Made by a program: the position numbers and the translations under genes
Assembly: GCA_043228905.1 (NCBI GenBank)
Contig: JBHGNT010000121.1
Coordinates: forward strand, 10,960 to 74,959
Source of the DNA: Azolla caroliniana
Lineage: Eukaryota > Plantae > Polypodiophyta
DNA: 64,000 nt
Direction of reading: 5' to 3'
Shown here: positions 10,304 through 22,480 of the stretch, in pieces
How positions within the stretch are numbered: the first letter of the stretch is position 1
How the letters are laid out: each line of letters begins with the position of its first letter
Notes under the pieces: model-generated
The model's database searches: none
What the model was told of the DNA's origin: nothing
The model's input: the letters and a program-made list of their open reading frames with translations, nothing else

Positions 10304-11419
10304 GTGGAAAGCTTCCAATATCTTGGCCTTGAAGTTCCTTCAAATCAGAGATGGAATGAATGTGCTACACGCCGCTTACAGGCGGGTAAGCGAGCATACT
10401 ATGCATTTGAGAACACATGCAATCTTGGAGATATTAAGTGTTGGGTCCTCAAGAAATATCTTTTCGACACTTTGGTGACACCGGTTCTTCTCTATGGGGT
10501 GGAAGTATGGGGCGGTAGCATCCCTAAATCTATGCGGAAAGAGTTTGAAAATGTCTAAAAACATTTTCTTACAAAGTTTCTACAAGTTAAGAAACAAACG
10601 CCCTACACCCTCCTCCTTGAGATGGGATCGCTTCCCATTGAGATCATGGCCATGGAAAGGGTTGTTGAATACATGCTTAAGGTTCAAAAAAGTCCCTCAC
10701 ATCGACTTCCTAGAATTGCATGGGAAGCAAGCAAAAAGATCCAAAAGACGCATAAAAGCAAAATTTTGTGTTCTAGTTGGATGCAAGATATAGAAAAATG
10801 GTTTGGTAGATGGGATGCGAGACACTTGCTTCATGATGCATCATTAGATTCCTCTGTAAATGAGGCATTTTTGCAACGCCAATGTATCAGGACATGGGAC
10901 AAATGTGGAGGCTCACACTTCACACATTATACTACACATGTTGCAGCTAACTACAAAACCATATTCTTTGCAGAACGGGGAAATCGTACACATCGATACA
11001 TGTTAGAGCCCATACCGTTATCTGCCATTTGAACCATTGCTTCCATGCAACTTAGCTCACATGCATTGTGATGTGAGACAGGGTGGTGGGGCACAAGTGA
11101 TGAGAGTGGTCGGCTATGCACACTTTGCCCTAAACAAGTTCGCGAGTCTGAGTATCACACTTTGATAAAATGCTCTACCTTTGGTCATATTCGAGCATGC
11201 TTTCCACATCTCTTCGACCGAGCCCAATCCTTGCATGAATTCCTCTCACAACCACAATGTGCACTCTCGATTGCAACATTCATTGGTAAAGTTCTTGAAC
11301 ATTCATTGGTATCACGTGAAATGTAATATTTTTGGTCTCATAGGTCATATTTGACCTCCGAAGACAATAATATAATCTCTCTCTCTCTCTCTCTCCCCCC
11401 CCCCACATACTCTCTCTCT

Positions 11420-11800
11420 CTAGTAACGACTCTTTCTGCCGTTGCCATCACCGTCTACTGCCTCCATCGTCTGCAGCCGCTGTTTGCTGCCGTCATGGCC
11501 TGTTGTCCTCTCTCTCCCTCTCTCTAGTAACGGCTCTGTCTGTTGTTGCCGTCGCCGTCTCCTACCGTTGTCTATTGTCATCGTCGCTTGCTGCCACCAT
11601 CGTCGTCTTCCGACTGTCGCCATCACCGTCACCATCGTCTGACGTTTGTCGCCGTCGTCGTTGTCACCATCTTCGTAGTTCTTAGCTGTCGCCGCCGTTA
11701 TCGTGTGTAGTTGTTGGCGATGTCGGTGCCGCCGCAGTTGTCATGTATAGTCATTGGCGTTGTTGTCATTGTCCATCCCTGCTATCACCTACGCTTCTAA
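11420..11800. repeat. Low-complexity (CGT/CGC/TGT)-rich degenerate repeat region
   Basis: Reiterated CGTCGCCGT/CATCGTC units and two copies of CTCTCTAGTAACG(A/G)CTCT; no credible protein. Confidence 0.5.
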
Positions 11801-12792
11801 CGACGTAATCGGCTGAAGCATACCTGTCCTTCTACACTCGAACCTAGCGCGCAAGGCATTGATGCTTGACTAAGTTTTTTCTATCCTCTTTGACTTTTCT
11901 TTCTTTTATCTTTTGATTTACAACATGACTTCTAGACTGTTGTCTGCCAGAATAGTAACCGACGGACAAGAGCGCAGGAATAGGGAATAGTATAAGATTG
12001 TAACGCATGTAACGGTTCACGCGGGAAGCGTGAACGGCTAAAAGACCATGCGTATATAAAGGGCAGAAAACCTTTGATAGAGGTAGCGTGTAATTTTGGG
12101 AATGTAAAGAAGCGTATCGTAATAGAATTCTATCTTCTCTAATATTTATGTATAGCTACGGTTAATCTACTGTGTGTCTGTAATACCTGAGAGTGTAGAA
12201 GTAAGAGATGTGAGTGTGTAGCCACTATTAAGGAGTTCGGTTGTAGCCGTCTCCCTTATACGCTGCTAGGTTACGGGGAACATTCCCCTACGTATTACGC
12301 ACAGACGTCACCGTTTGTTGTCTCATAGTCACTTGGAGGTCTAGGTCGAAGGACTGACCGTAGCTTGTGTTCCTAATCGGTAACACTTTTGGCACGCTTC
12401 GTGATCTGTGTCTTCTCACAGCCGAACAACAACGAATGGATGTTTAGCCGCAGACGCCCTAGAGAACCAACACGACCAAACCGGCCAATCACAAGGTCCA
12501 TCACACACCAGGTAGAGGACCGCGCACGGCAGAAACCTCGCCTCAACGACCTCAACACTACCTGCCGTGATCACAAAGGTGATTTTCCACTCTCCAACTA
12601 CCTCGACGATACGTGGGGAGCACGCTCACCACAACAACATTGTGGTCTTTCCCGACCTGCCGTAGCCCCCAGCATGGCCTTTGCCTATCCCCGCTTTAAC
12701 GGCGAAACCGACGCTGCAACTCATATTCTCATGTTCCTTAATGTCTGGAATGCAAACCACATGGCGCAGAGCCTTTCTGAGGCAGTAGCGCA

Positions 12793-15700
12793 TGTTTAGA
12801 AGAAAGCTCAACATGGTATGTGATGCTTATTGGGAAATAAGCTATAGTAGCTATTTAGCTACTAGTGAACATAAAGGAGAAACAACTAATTAGCTACTGA
12901 CAGCTAATTAGCTATAGGCAGCTAATTAGCTGCATATGTAAGTAACTTATTACTTAGGTAAAAAGTAAGAGAGTAGGTAAGTAAGAAATATACAAGAAGT
13001 AGAACTCTGAGAGAGAGAGAGTGAGGATAGAGAGGAAGAACTCGGAGAGTGAGAGTAGAAGAGAGAAACAGACGAGAGCAAGTAGAGCTATGCGTGTAAT
13101 GAAATAGAAGAAGTTTTGGCTGCTACAGAGGTAAGTCTCCTTCTCCCTTTCCTTCTGTGTTTGAGCACCAAACGATCCAGCACACCACAATCCGCCGCGC
13201 ACATAAGAAGAGCCCGAGTGCCTTCTTCATGTTTTCTTAACATGGTATCAGAGCTTTGTTGCTCATAAAGAAGAGTACAGAAGTGCATAGATCTGAGAAA
13301 GGTATTTCTCTGTTTGCTGATCTGAATCAGAAAGTTACTTGTTGAAGTAATCGTATCAGAAACCCTAGTTTGGAAGAGATAATGGCTGCAGAGAATGCGG
13401 GCCAAATAGTTACAAAGAAACTAGATAAAAACAATTTCCCGGCGTGGAAATTTAGAATGACAAATTTCCTGATGGGGAAAGGATACTGGGATTACATTGA
13501 AGGAGACCTAGAAGAGGCTCCGGAGATCCCAGAAGAAAATGCCACAGCAGCACAGATTAAAGCATTCAAAGATTGGAATCAAGGGGCAAGGAAGGTAATG
13601 CATTGGCTCTCACTTAGCATCTCAGATTCGATGCTTGGGCACATACAGGATGCTATGCTCCCAATAGAAGCTTGGGACAGTTTGGTAAAACTGTTTGCAA
13701 TAAACACAAAAGCTAGAAATCTACAGTTGAAGATTGACCTAAATACCTTAGAAAAAGGTAAGATGTCAATAAATGAGTATACTTTGAAAATAAAGAGCAT
13801 ATGTGAATCACTTGCTTCTATCAATGTAAAGATAGAAGATGATGATAAGGTAGAAATATGCTTGAGAGGCTTAGGACCTCAATACAAAAGCTTTAAAACC
13901 TCTATGCTTACAAGGGATAGTATCCCAAGTTTTCCAGATCTGGTTTCAATGCTTGTAGTAAAAGAAAGGAATCAGATGGATTATGTAAATAAAGGAAATC
14001 TTGAGAATGAGGGGCAAGCCCTATATAATAGTGCTGGAAGAGGTCGAGGAAGAGGCCATGAAAGATTTGGCTCAGCAAAAACCAACAATAATGGTTATCA
14101 AGGAAGAGGACAACAAACCATTAGAGGAAGAAACAACAACAGAGGCAGGGGGAGAAACCAAGGTAGAGGTAAGCAAACATATGTAAATGATGATGGTTGT
14201 TGGTATTGTGGAAAACCAGGCCACACACAGGCTGAATGTTACAAGAAGCAAAATGATGAGCAAAGAGGAAAGAGACAGCAGAATAACTATGCCCAAACTA
14301 GTGAAGATTGTGAAAAAGATGGTGCATTTGTGGTACAACATGAGATAGCAACAGCGGCTGAAAGCTCACAGAAATGTAATGAAGAGTTTACATGGCATGT
14401 AGACTCGGGGGCATCTAACCATATGACTAGACATGCAAACTGGTTTGAAAGGTTAAGAGAACCAGAGATTCTTGGCTATGTACAAACGGGTGATAATAGT
14501 ACTCACCAAATAGAACATGTTGGAGATATCCCATTGTGGGAAGAAAAAGGAAAGACTAAGTATATGTTGAATGTAATGCATGTTCCAAATCTTGCTAAGA
14601 ATCTGATTTCTGTTGGACAGATAGTAGAGCAAGGTATGCAAGTAAAGTTTAAGCAAAGTGGATGCTATATAGAAAAGAATGGGAAGCTCATTGCAAAAGG
14701 AAAACGACAAGGAAGAATGTTTATTTTGGATGTTGACATGCCTAGACAGATTTCAGCTATGTTTGCAAATGGAATGAGTGTAGTCTCAGATGTGGAAATG
14801 TGGCATAAAAGGATTGGCCACATAATATGTTGAGAAAAGATGCAGTGGTTGGACTGCCAAAACTGAAAAATTGTGAAATGGGAAAGATATGTGAAGCATG
14901 TCAATATGGAAAGCAAAATAGGTTGCCATTCCCTCATGAAAGACATGTAAGTAAAAATTTGTTGAATTTGGTACATACGGATGTATGGGGACCAACTAAG
15001 AATGCATCTATCGGTGGTTGCAGATTCTATGTAACTTTTATTGATGATTGCTCAAGGAAAACATGGGTGTACTTCATGAAAGAGAAAAGTGAAGTGTTTG
15101 AATGTTTTCGTAAGTTTAAATGCATGGTAGAAAAGCATGCAGGTACAAGAATAAAATGTTTAAGATCTTATGGAGGAGGAGAGTATTTCTCCAATGAATT
15201 TTCTGATTTTCTATGTAATCAGGGAATAAGAAGACAGTTCAAATGTAGATATACTCCACAACAAAATGGATTTGCTGAGAGGAAAAACAGAACATTGGTG
15301 AACATTGCAAGGGCTTTGATGACAGAGAAGAATATGCCATTGTACTATTGGGCAGAAGCTGTAAATACAACAAATTATATTCTAAATAGATGTATAACAT
15401 CGGGAGTACATGAAGCAACTCCTGAAGAGTGTTTATGTGGAAGGAAACCTAGTTTAGAACACTTAAAAAGTGTTTGGATGCCTTGCATATGTACATGTGC
15501 CTGCAGAAGTAAGAAGTAAGTTGGATCCAAAAGCAGAAAAATGTATTTTTGTTGGTTATTCAGAAGAACAAAAAGGGTATAGATGTTATAACCCTGTAAC
15601 AAAGAAGATTGTGACAAGTAGGGATGTAATCTTTGATGAGTTAGCCAACTGGTACAGTCCAAAACAGAATCCAGAGACTGATGAAGACAATGAGATTGAA

Positions 15701-18182
15701 GACAAAGACAAATCTGAAAATGTAGAAGACTGCCACAGAGATGGAAGCAAGGTTGGACAACAAAGTCCAACATCAACAGAATGTTCTGGACCATCAAAAA
15801 GCTCAGATGGTAAATCTGATTCGAATTCTTGGAGTGGAAAAAGTGGAGGACACAAAAAATGTGATGATAAAAAAGGAAAACAGAAAATGCCAGAGTATGA
15901 AATGTTGGATGACTTGTCTAAAAACATGGAAGATGAGGATTCAGATATGTGATTGGATAATTTTCTTGGTATAAGAGGATTGAAAATCCCTGGTATGGAA
16001 AAAGCATTGAAGGATGCAAATCAGAAACTGAGAAGATCAGATAGAGAGAAAAAAAATGTTGAAAGATTTGGTTATGATACATATATGGCTATGCATTATG
16101 CATATATGTCTAAGGTGGTACAGATCCCTGATCCAAGTAGTTTTGATGAGGCTAAAACTGAAAAGAAATGGGTGGATGCAATGCAAGAAGAGATTGATGC
16201 ATTAGCTGAAAACATAACATGGGATTTCGTGAAGTTACCAAAAGGAAAAAATGTGGTAGGTTGCAAATGGGTCTACAAGACAAAGCATGATTCCAGTGGG
16301 AATGTAAGTAGACATAAAGCAAGATTGGTTGCAAAGGGATATGCCCAAATGCAAGGAAATGATTATGATGAGACATTTGCATCGGTTGCAAAGATGGCAA
16401 CATTGAGGACATTACTGGCTATAGGTGCAGCCAGAAGATGGTTTCTTCATCATATGGATGTAAAAAATGCCTTTTTACATGGTAACTTGGAAGAAGAAGT
16501 GTATATGTGTCAACCACTAGGTTTTGAAGATAGGAAGCATCTAGATTATGTATGTAAGCTGAAAAAGGCTCTCTATGGACTGAAACAGGCACCAAGAGCA
16601 TGGCACAAAGAACTTTCAGATTATCTGAAAAAACTTGACTTCAAAATGTCAAAGGCTGATTCATCATTGTATGTTAAAAGGAAAGATGATTGTATTGTTG
16701 TGATTTTGATTTATGTTGATGATCTCATCATTGAGGTGATTCCATGGATGAAATAAGTAAGCTGAAAAGAAATTTGGAAATGCAGTTTCATATGAAAGAT
16801 TTGGGAGATCTGAGATATTTTTTGGGTATTGAAATCATCAGATCTGAAAGTGGTATATATGTGTTGCAAAGACAATATGCAACAACTATGTTGAAAAAGT
16901 ATGGTATGCTTGGATGCAAACCTAGTGGAGTACCACTAGATAAAAACTGCAAATTGAGGGTTGATTTGGGAGCCAAAATAGAAGATGTAAACATGTACAG
17001 GTCTATGGTGGGCATCCTTATTTATTTGACCATAACAAGACCTGATTTGAGTTATGCAGTTGGATTAGTCAGCCAATTTATGCAACAGCCAACAAAGCCG
17101 CATTTGGACTGCATTAGAAGAATTCTGAGGTATGTAAAAGCTACTCAGTACTATGGATTGTTTTACAGGGCTGATTTGGACATAAATCTGGAAGGATATA
17201 CAGATGTTGATTGGGCTGGAAGCCAAACAGATAGAAGATCCACAAGTGGATATATGTTTACATTGGGAAGTGCAGGTATTTCATGGAGTAGCAAGAAACA
17301 AGCTACTGTTGCATTGTCTAGTACTGAAGTTGAGTACAGAGGAGTTACCATAGCCACTTGTGAAGAGGTATGGATTAGAAGATTGCTTGCTGATTTGGGA
17401 GAGTATATAGATGGTACTGTCACAATCTGGTGTGACAATATGAGCAGCATTCAACTTGCAAAAAACCCAGTGTTCCATGCAAGAACAAAGCACATTGAAG
17501 TGCATTATCACTTTGTTAGAGAAAAAGTGATTGAAGGAGAAGTTGATCTGGTGTATGTGAATACAAATCAGCAGGTTGCTGATATTCTCATAAAGGGATT
17601 GAGTGTGGAAAAGCATACACAGTTTCGGAACATGATGGGAGTTGTAGACACTGATATGATGGCTGAAAAGCATCATGGAAAAGAAGTTGTAGATAACCCC
17701 AAGAGAGGATAAGTTGAGCTTGAGGGGGAGTGTTGAGAAGCAAGCTCAACATGGTATGTGATTCTTATTGGGAAATAAGCTATAGTAGCTATTTAGCTAC
17801 TTGTGAACATAAAGGAGAAACAACTAATTAGCTACTGACAACTAATTAGCGACTGACAACTAATTAGCTGCATATGTAAGTAACTTATTACTTAGGTAAA
17901 AAGTAAGAGAGTAGGTAAGTAAGAAATATACAGGAAGTAGAACTCTGAGAGAGAGAGAGAGTGAGGATAGAGAGGAAGAACTCTGAGAGTGAGAGTAGAA
18001 GAGAGAAACAGACGAGAGCAAGTAGAGCTCTGCGTGTAATGAAATAGAAGAAGTTTTGGCTGCTACAGAGGTAAGTCTCCTTCTCCCTTCCCTTCTGTGT
18101 TTGAGCACCAAACGATCCAGCACACCACGATCCGCCGTGCACATAAGAAGAGCTTGAGTGCCTTCTTCACGTTTTCTTAACA
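12793..18182 (+). mobile_element. Ty1/copia LTR retrotransposon B (AT-rich, full length, disrupted)
   Basis: LTRs 12793-13242 and 17731-18182, TSD GCGCA, PBS TGGTATCAGAGC 13243-13254, PPT GAGGGGGAG 17722-17730. Confidence 0.97.
13382..17712 (+). pseudogene. Copia B gag-pol
   Basis: ORF pieces 13370-14833, 14827-15519, 15470-15952, 15953-16756, 16744-17712 with CCHC, WHVDSGAS, HTDVWGP, YVDDL, WCDN motifs; several frameshifts and a stop. Confidence 0.93.
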
Positions 18183-20699
18183 GCGCACCAGTCCAAAATG
18201 ACGGAGTTCGGGTTAACATTGGATGGGCGGGCGGCATTTTGGCATTCCCTGATGGATTTCCTCGCAATCACGACCTTCGATCAGCTCCAGTCCACCTTTT
18301 TGCAGTTCTTCCATCGGAGGGTTCCACAACGCGAAATCCTCGGACAATTCTACACAATTAAGCAACTGCCGACCGAGACGATCGCAGACTTCAGCTTACG
18401 TTTCCAAAATTTACGGCGGAAACTAGAATGGAGCCCCGCGGAGGATGAGGCTCGGGAGACATTTCTGGCAGCATTACGCCGACCCATATGGACAACACTC
18501 AACAACAATAGTGTGAAAGGGGAAACGACGAATATGGTCATTGAACGAGCGTTACAACTCGAGCTGGACAAGGAGGAGGAAAGGTTTTCTATGTCCTCAT
18601 TACGACAAGTGTTACCCCAAGACGAGGAACGACAGTTTCGTCAAGCAATCTAGTGCACAATTTGCTTGAACTCGGGGCATTCCGTAGTGGAGTGCAACAT
18701 GCAAATCCGTTGCCCAATCTGCCACTTGAAGGCTCACACAGTCAAACAGTGCGAATACAATATGCTGAACAGAGCTGCTCCCATAGTACGCAGCATGGAC
18801 ACACAGCGTTCCCCACGGCATACTGAACAAAGGAGGCAAGAAGACTGATCACGGTATGTGGATCACAACCCACGTGACAACCGGCAGCACTGGAATCGCC
18901 AGACTCACAACGATTCTGAGGAAGACGAGCCAGAGGATGAGGATTACCGTGGTCCCCCGAGTTATGCTAAAGGGGGGCGACGCTATGAGAATCACCGGCC
19001 GACAAACAAACGTGGCGGCTTCAATGGTTATCGTGGGAAGCAGCGGCAATATCAAGACCACCGGCGATATGATGAAAGCTCGGGCGATGAGCGACACCAA
19101 GAACCACGTCGGGACCAACAGCAACCACCACGTACGTTCCGACAAACGAAGCCGGACCGTGAGGAGCAAGTCGCACCAGGGGATCGGCACACACCACCAG
19201 GAGCCGAGAAGGGCGAATCGAGCATCCATTTTTTTTGTTTGTCAGCATCCCGGACATTATGCCACGCAATGCCCAGCCCGCAAGGGCAAGGGACCCGCCG
19301 TCAATACGATTACGACGGAAGTGCAACAAGTCACGACATGCCAGCAAACAAAAACGGTTGATTGGGCAGCGCAAGATGAGATACGACGGCAAGCCCAGGC
19401 ATGGGTTGAAAAAGCAAACGCGACAAATACAGAGTGCATGCGGAAGGAGTCCGCGAATACGACGGAGCGAGTGGAGGACGAAGGACCGGCCCCGGACCCC
19501 ATTTGGCAAGCGTTAGCGGGCTACGAGATAACGTTAACCATGGAGAAGCTGTTGCAACTAGTCCCACGCTTCCGCCAGACTATGGAAGAACGGGTGACGG
19601 GCATACCCGGGGGGTGAGCGTCGCTACGAACCTTACGGACGTTAGTGACAGACCGCCTGTAGTGGATCACCACAACCTGGCTATTACATTGATATTACAC
19701 GGACAAGAAATTCCAGGATGCGTAATCGATGGCGTCTCGGGCGTTAATGTGATTAGCGCGAAAACATGCGAGTAGTTAGGCATTTCAGAATGGGAGGCTT
19801 GCCCATTCTGGCTCTGTATGGTAGATACCCACTCATTACGACCATTGGGGTTGATACGCAAGATAGGCATTATCGTGGGCGGACATCGCTTCGACATCTC
19901 AGCGGTAGTTCTCGCCTTGGACACCCCAGGGGCATATCCTGTGCTGTTGGGCAGACCGTGGCTTTGGGTAGCAAATATCAAGCAGAGCTGGCAACACAAG
20001 TGTATCAGTTTCCAACACATACGCACTAAGGTTCGCGTACCTACGGAGGGAAGCACGACACAATCCAAGGGTATAACACCATTATACGCAGAAGATATTA
20101 ATATGCTGGCTGGGGTGGAGGATGCAGAATTAGAGGCATACCTAGACGAGCACCCTCGGATCATTCCGCTGTTCGAGATCGACGTCATCGCAACCGCGGC
20201 AGAATATGCCACGGCCACTATTCTCCACGATGAGGCTTACGAACCAAACCCGGAGTCCATATTGGAACTAAGCAGAGCACGGGCAGCATTCAAGAGGGAA
20301 ATGGAAATTTCACAACGAGTCACTGCCTCTGCCCTAGAAGAAGTAAACGTGGGTACGGAGTCCGAACCTCGTTTTCTCTCCATTGCAAAGGAATTAAGGC
20401 CAGACCAGAGAGACACGATGATCAAACTACTCAAGAAATATAAAGATGTGTTCGCTTGGGCTCATGAGGACATGAAGGGGTTAGATCCGAAGTTCTATCA
20501 ACATAAGATCAATTTAGCAACCGACGCAAAACCCGTCCAGCAGCGCCGCTACTGCATGAACCCGAACTACGTGACCTGCGTAAAAGAAGAAATTGACAAA
20601 CTCCTAAATGCGGGATTCATACGGCCAGTTAAACAAGCCACATGGTTAAGTCCGATAGTAGTCGTTCCAAATAAAAACGGCAAAATACGCAAATTCGAT

Positions 20700-22332
20700 A
20701 GGGCACCTCAAAACCGAACAAGGATTGGTACATCGACTCCAAAGCGTTGAATCAAACGAGCCACGAAGGGTGGTTCCCATACCTGGAGAAACCGGAACAA
20801 CTAGGAGTCGTCAAAACCAGTGATGAAACCGCGCATTTTATCAAATATGTCGACGAAGTCCCCTGAGTCATGTTGGAAAGAAGGGGAGACTGATGAACGT
20901 CTTGCACGTCACGACAATCACCAAGAACTTGGTGTCGGTCGTACAGATCATCGACCAAGGAATGCAAGTCCAGTTCACCCATCTCGAGTGCTTCATTGAA
21001 GAAGAAGGCCAGATCATCGCATAAGGGCATGGAGAAGGGAGGATGTTCATCCTTGATACAAATGATGTCGGCATTGCATTGTTAAATTGGAGGAAAGAAT
21101 CTCGCCGAGATTAACGAAGTTAAATCACTTCTTTCCAGTAGATTCGAAATGAAGGACTTGCACAAACTTCATTACTTTCTAGATATTGAAGTAATTCGGA
21201 CACCGGTCAGGATCATGATCTCACAACGGCACTACATTCTCAACTTACTCTACAAGTTCGGAATGACAGAGTGCAAACCTGTGACTACCCCTCTTGAACG
21301 TAATCTCAAGATCGATGCCAGCTCTGGCACGGCCGCGAGCGAGTCGACTCAGTATCGTCAATTGATCGGCAGTCTAATCTACCTAACCATTACGTGACCC
21401 AACCTCAGTTATTCGGTCGGCCTACTTAGCCAATTCATGCAGAATCCAAGAAACCTTCACCTTGATTGCGCTAAGAGGATACTACGGTATGTCAGCACAA
21501 CAGTGGACTATGGCATCTTGTTTAAATCGAATACGACCATTCGACTTGAAGGATACACAAACGCGGATTGGGCAGGATACAAAGCGGATAGACAATCCAC
21601 ATCTGGATTCGTCTTCTCCCTCGGCAACGGAGCGATCTCCTGGAGCAGCAAGAAACAACCGACAGTCGCACTGTCGAGCACGGAAGTCGAATACAGGGGC
21701 GCAGCAGTCGCCGCATGCGAAGCTGTATGGCTTAAGCGTATACTAAAAGATCTAGGCGTATCCATCAAAGATCCAATATGCCTGTACTGCGACAACATGA
21801 GTAGTATCTACCTCGCGTGTAACCCCGTATTTCACGCGCGGACTAAACACATCGAAGTGCACTACCACTTCATCCGCAAGCGCGTTTAGGCCGGAGAAAT
21901 TGACCTCCAACACATCAGCACGCACCTACAAGTCGCTGATATCTTTACAAAGGCCTTAGGCATCCACAAGCTCAAGCAATTTGCATCAGATCTTGGTCTC
22001 ACGTCGTCCACATTGCCGAGCTTGAGGGCGAGTACGCAGACGCAGCACGGATAGGCTACGCAATACGCAACACAGGCGACTAGACAAGTCGAAGTACGAA
22101 CCGAACGACTTTCCGACAGATGGAAGTTGTGTTCAAAGGGGTGTGTTGAGAATCGAACTCAACTTCCCATAGATAGGTTTCACACTAGCTCATGGATATT
22201 CCATGCTAGTTTTGTAAATAGTAGAAAGGGCGCTTGCCCTAGCTTAGTTGGTATATAAACCAACTCATTGTAACTTAGTTAATGTTGGATGTATTTTGTT
22301 TCGTTAATATAATATACTCTTTTGTCTATCTC

Positions 22333-22410
<78 letters not shown>

Positions 22411-22480
22411 TATTACACATACACACACCTACGTTCACCTTCCGCTGCATTGCAATCACCACAGACTTCATTTCCTAACA
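20700..22480 (+). mobile_element. Internally deleted copia remnant (copia A/E clade) with 3' LTR
   Basis: Protease piece (WYIDS, 20735-21080) joined directly to late RT/RNase H (21090-22030); LTR 22144-22480 starting TGTTGAGAATCGAACTCAAC and ending ..CCTAACA. Confidence 0.85.
22337..22405. repeat. (CT)n microsatellite inside LTR
   Basis: Uninterrupted CT run of over 30 units. Confidence 0.95.

Larger units (their letters stand above)
7779..11326 (+). pseudogene. LINE ORF2 (AP endonuclease - RT - zinc finger), many stops, RT core deleted
   Basis: Fragments 7726-7959, 8146-8406, 8487-8810, 9678-9899, 10265-10558, 10622-11032 read as one collinear ORF2; the catalytic RT core between WIKP (9970) and VESFQYLG (10304) is absent. 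Confidence 0.85.
1..11395 (+). mobile_element. Decayed, near full-length non-LTR retrotransposon (LINE, RTEX/RTE-like), interrupted by three LTR insertions
   Basis: ORF1-like frame at 111-970; after removing 979-7778 the sequence continues into an AP endonuclease (LCFWN..LLVETW..IDYVLL), RT flanks (WIKP / VESFQYLG..TPVLLYGVEVWG), a C-terminal LSSHAL-CETG-W..LCTLC..ESEYHTLIKC zinc finger, then a 3' stem-loop and (CT)n tail. 5' end may lie outside the window. Confidence 0.8.
11940..20690 (+). mobile_element. Ty3/gypsy non-chromovirus (Tat/OTA-like) 5' half, interrupted by copia B and truncated in RT
   Basis: LTR-like ~11940-12331 with TATATAAA, possible PBS TGGAGGTC (Gln-like); gag PRFNGETD..AH|QSKMTEFGLTLDGRAAFW rejoined across copia B; CCHC knuckles; protease IDGVSGVN; RT start YKDVFAWAHEDMKGLDP..WLSPIVVVP. 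Left boundary approximate. Confidence 0.8.
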
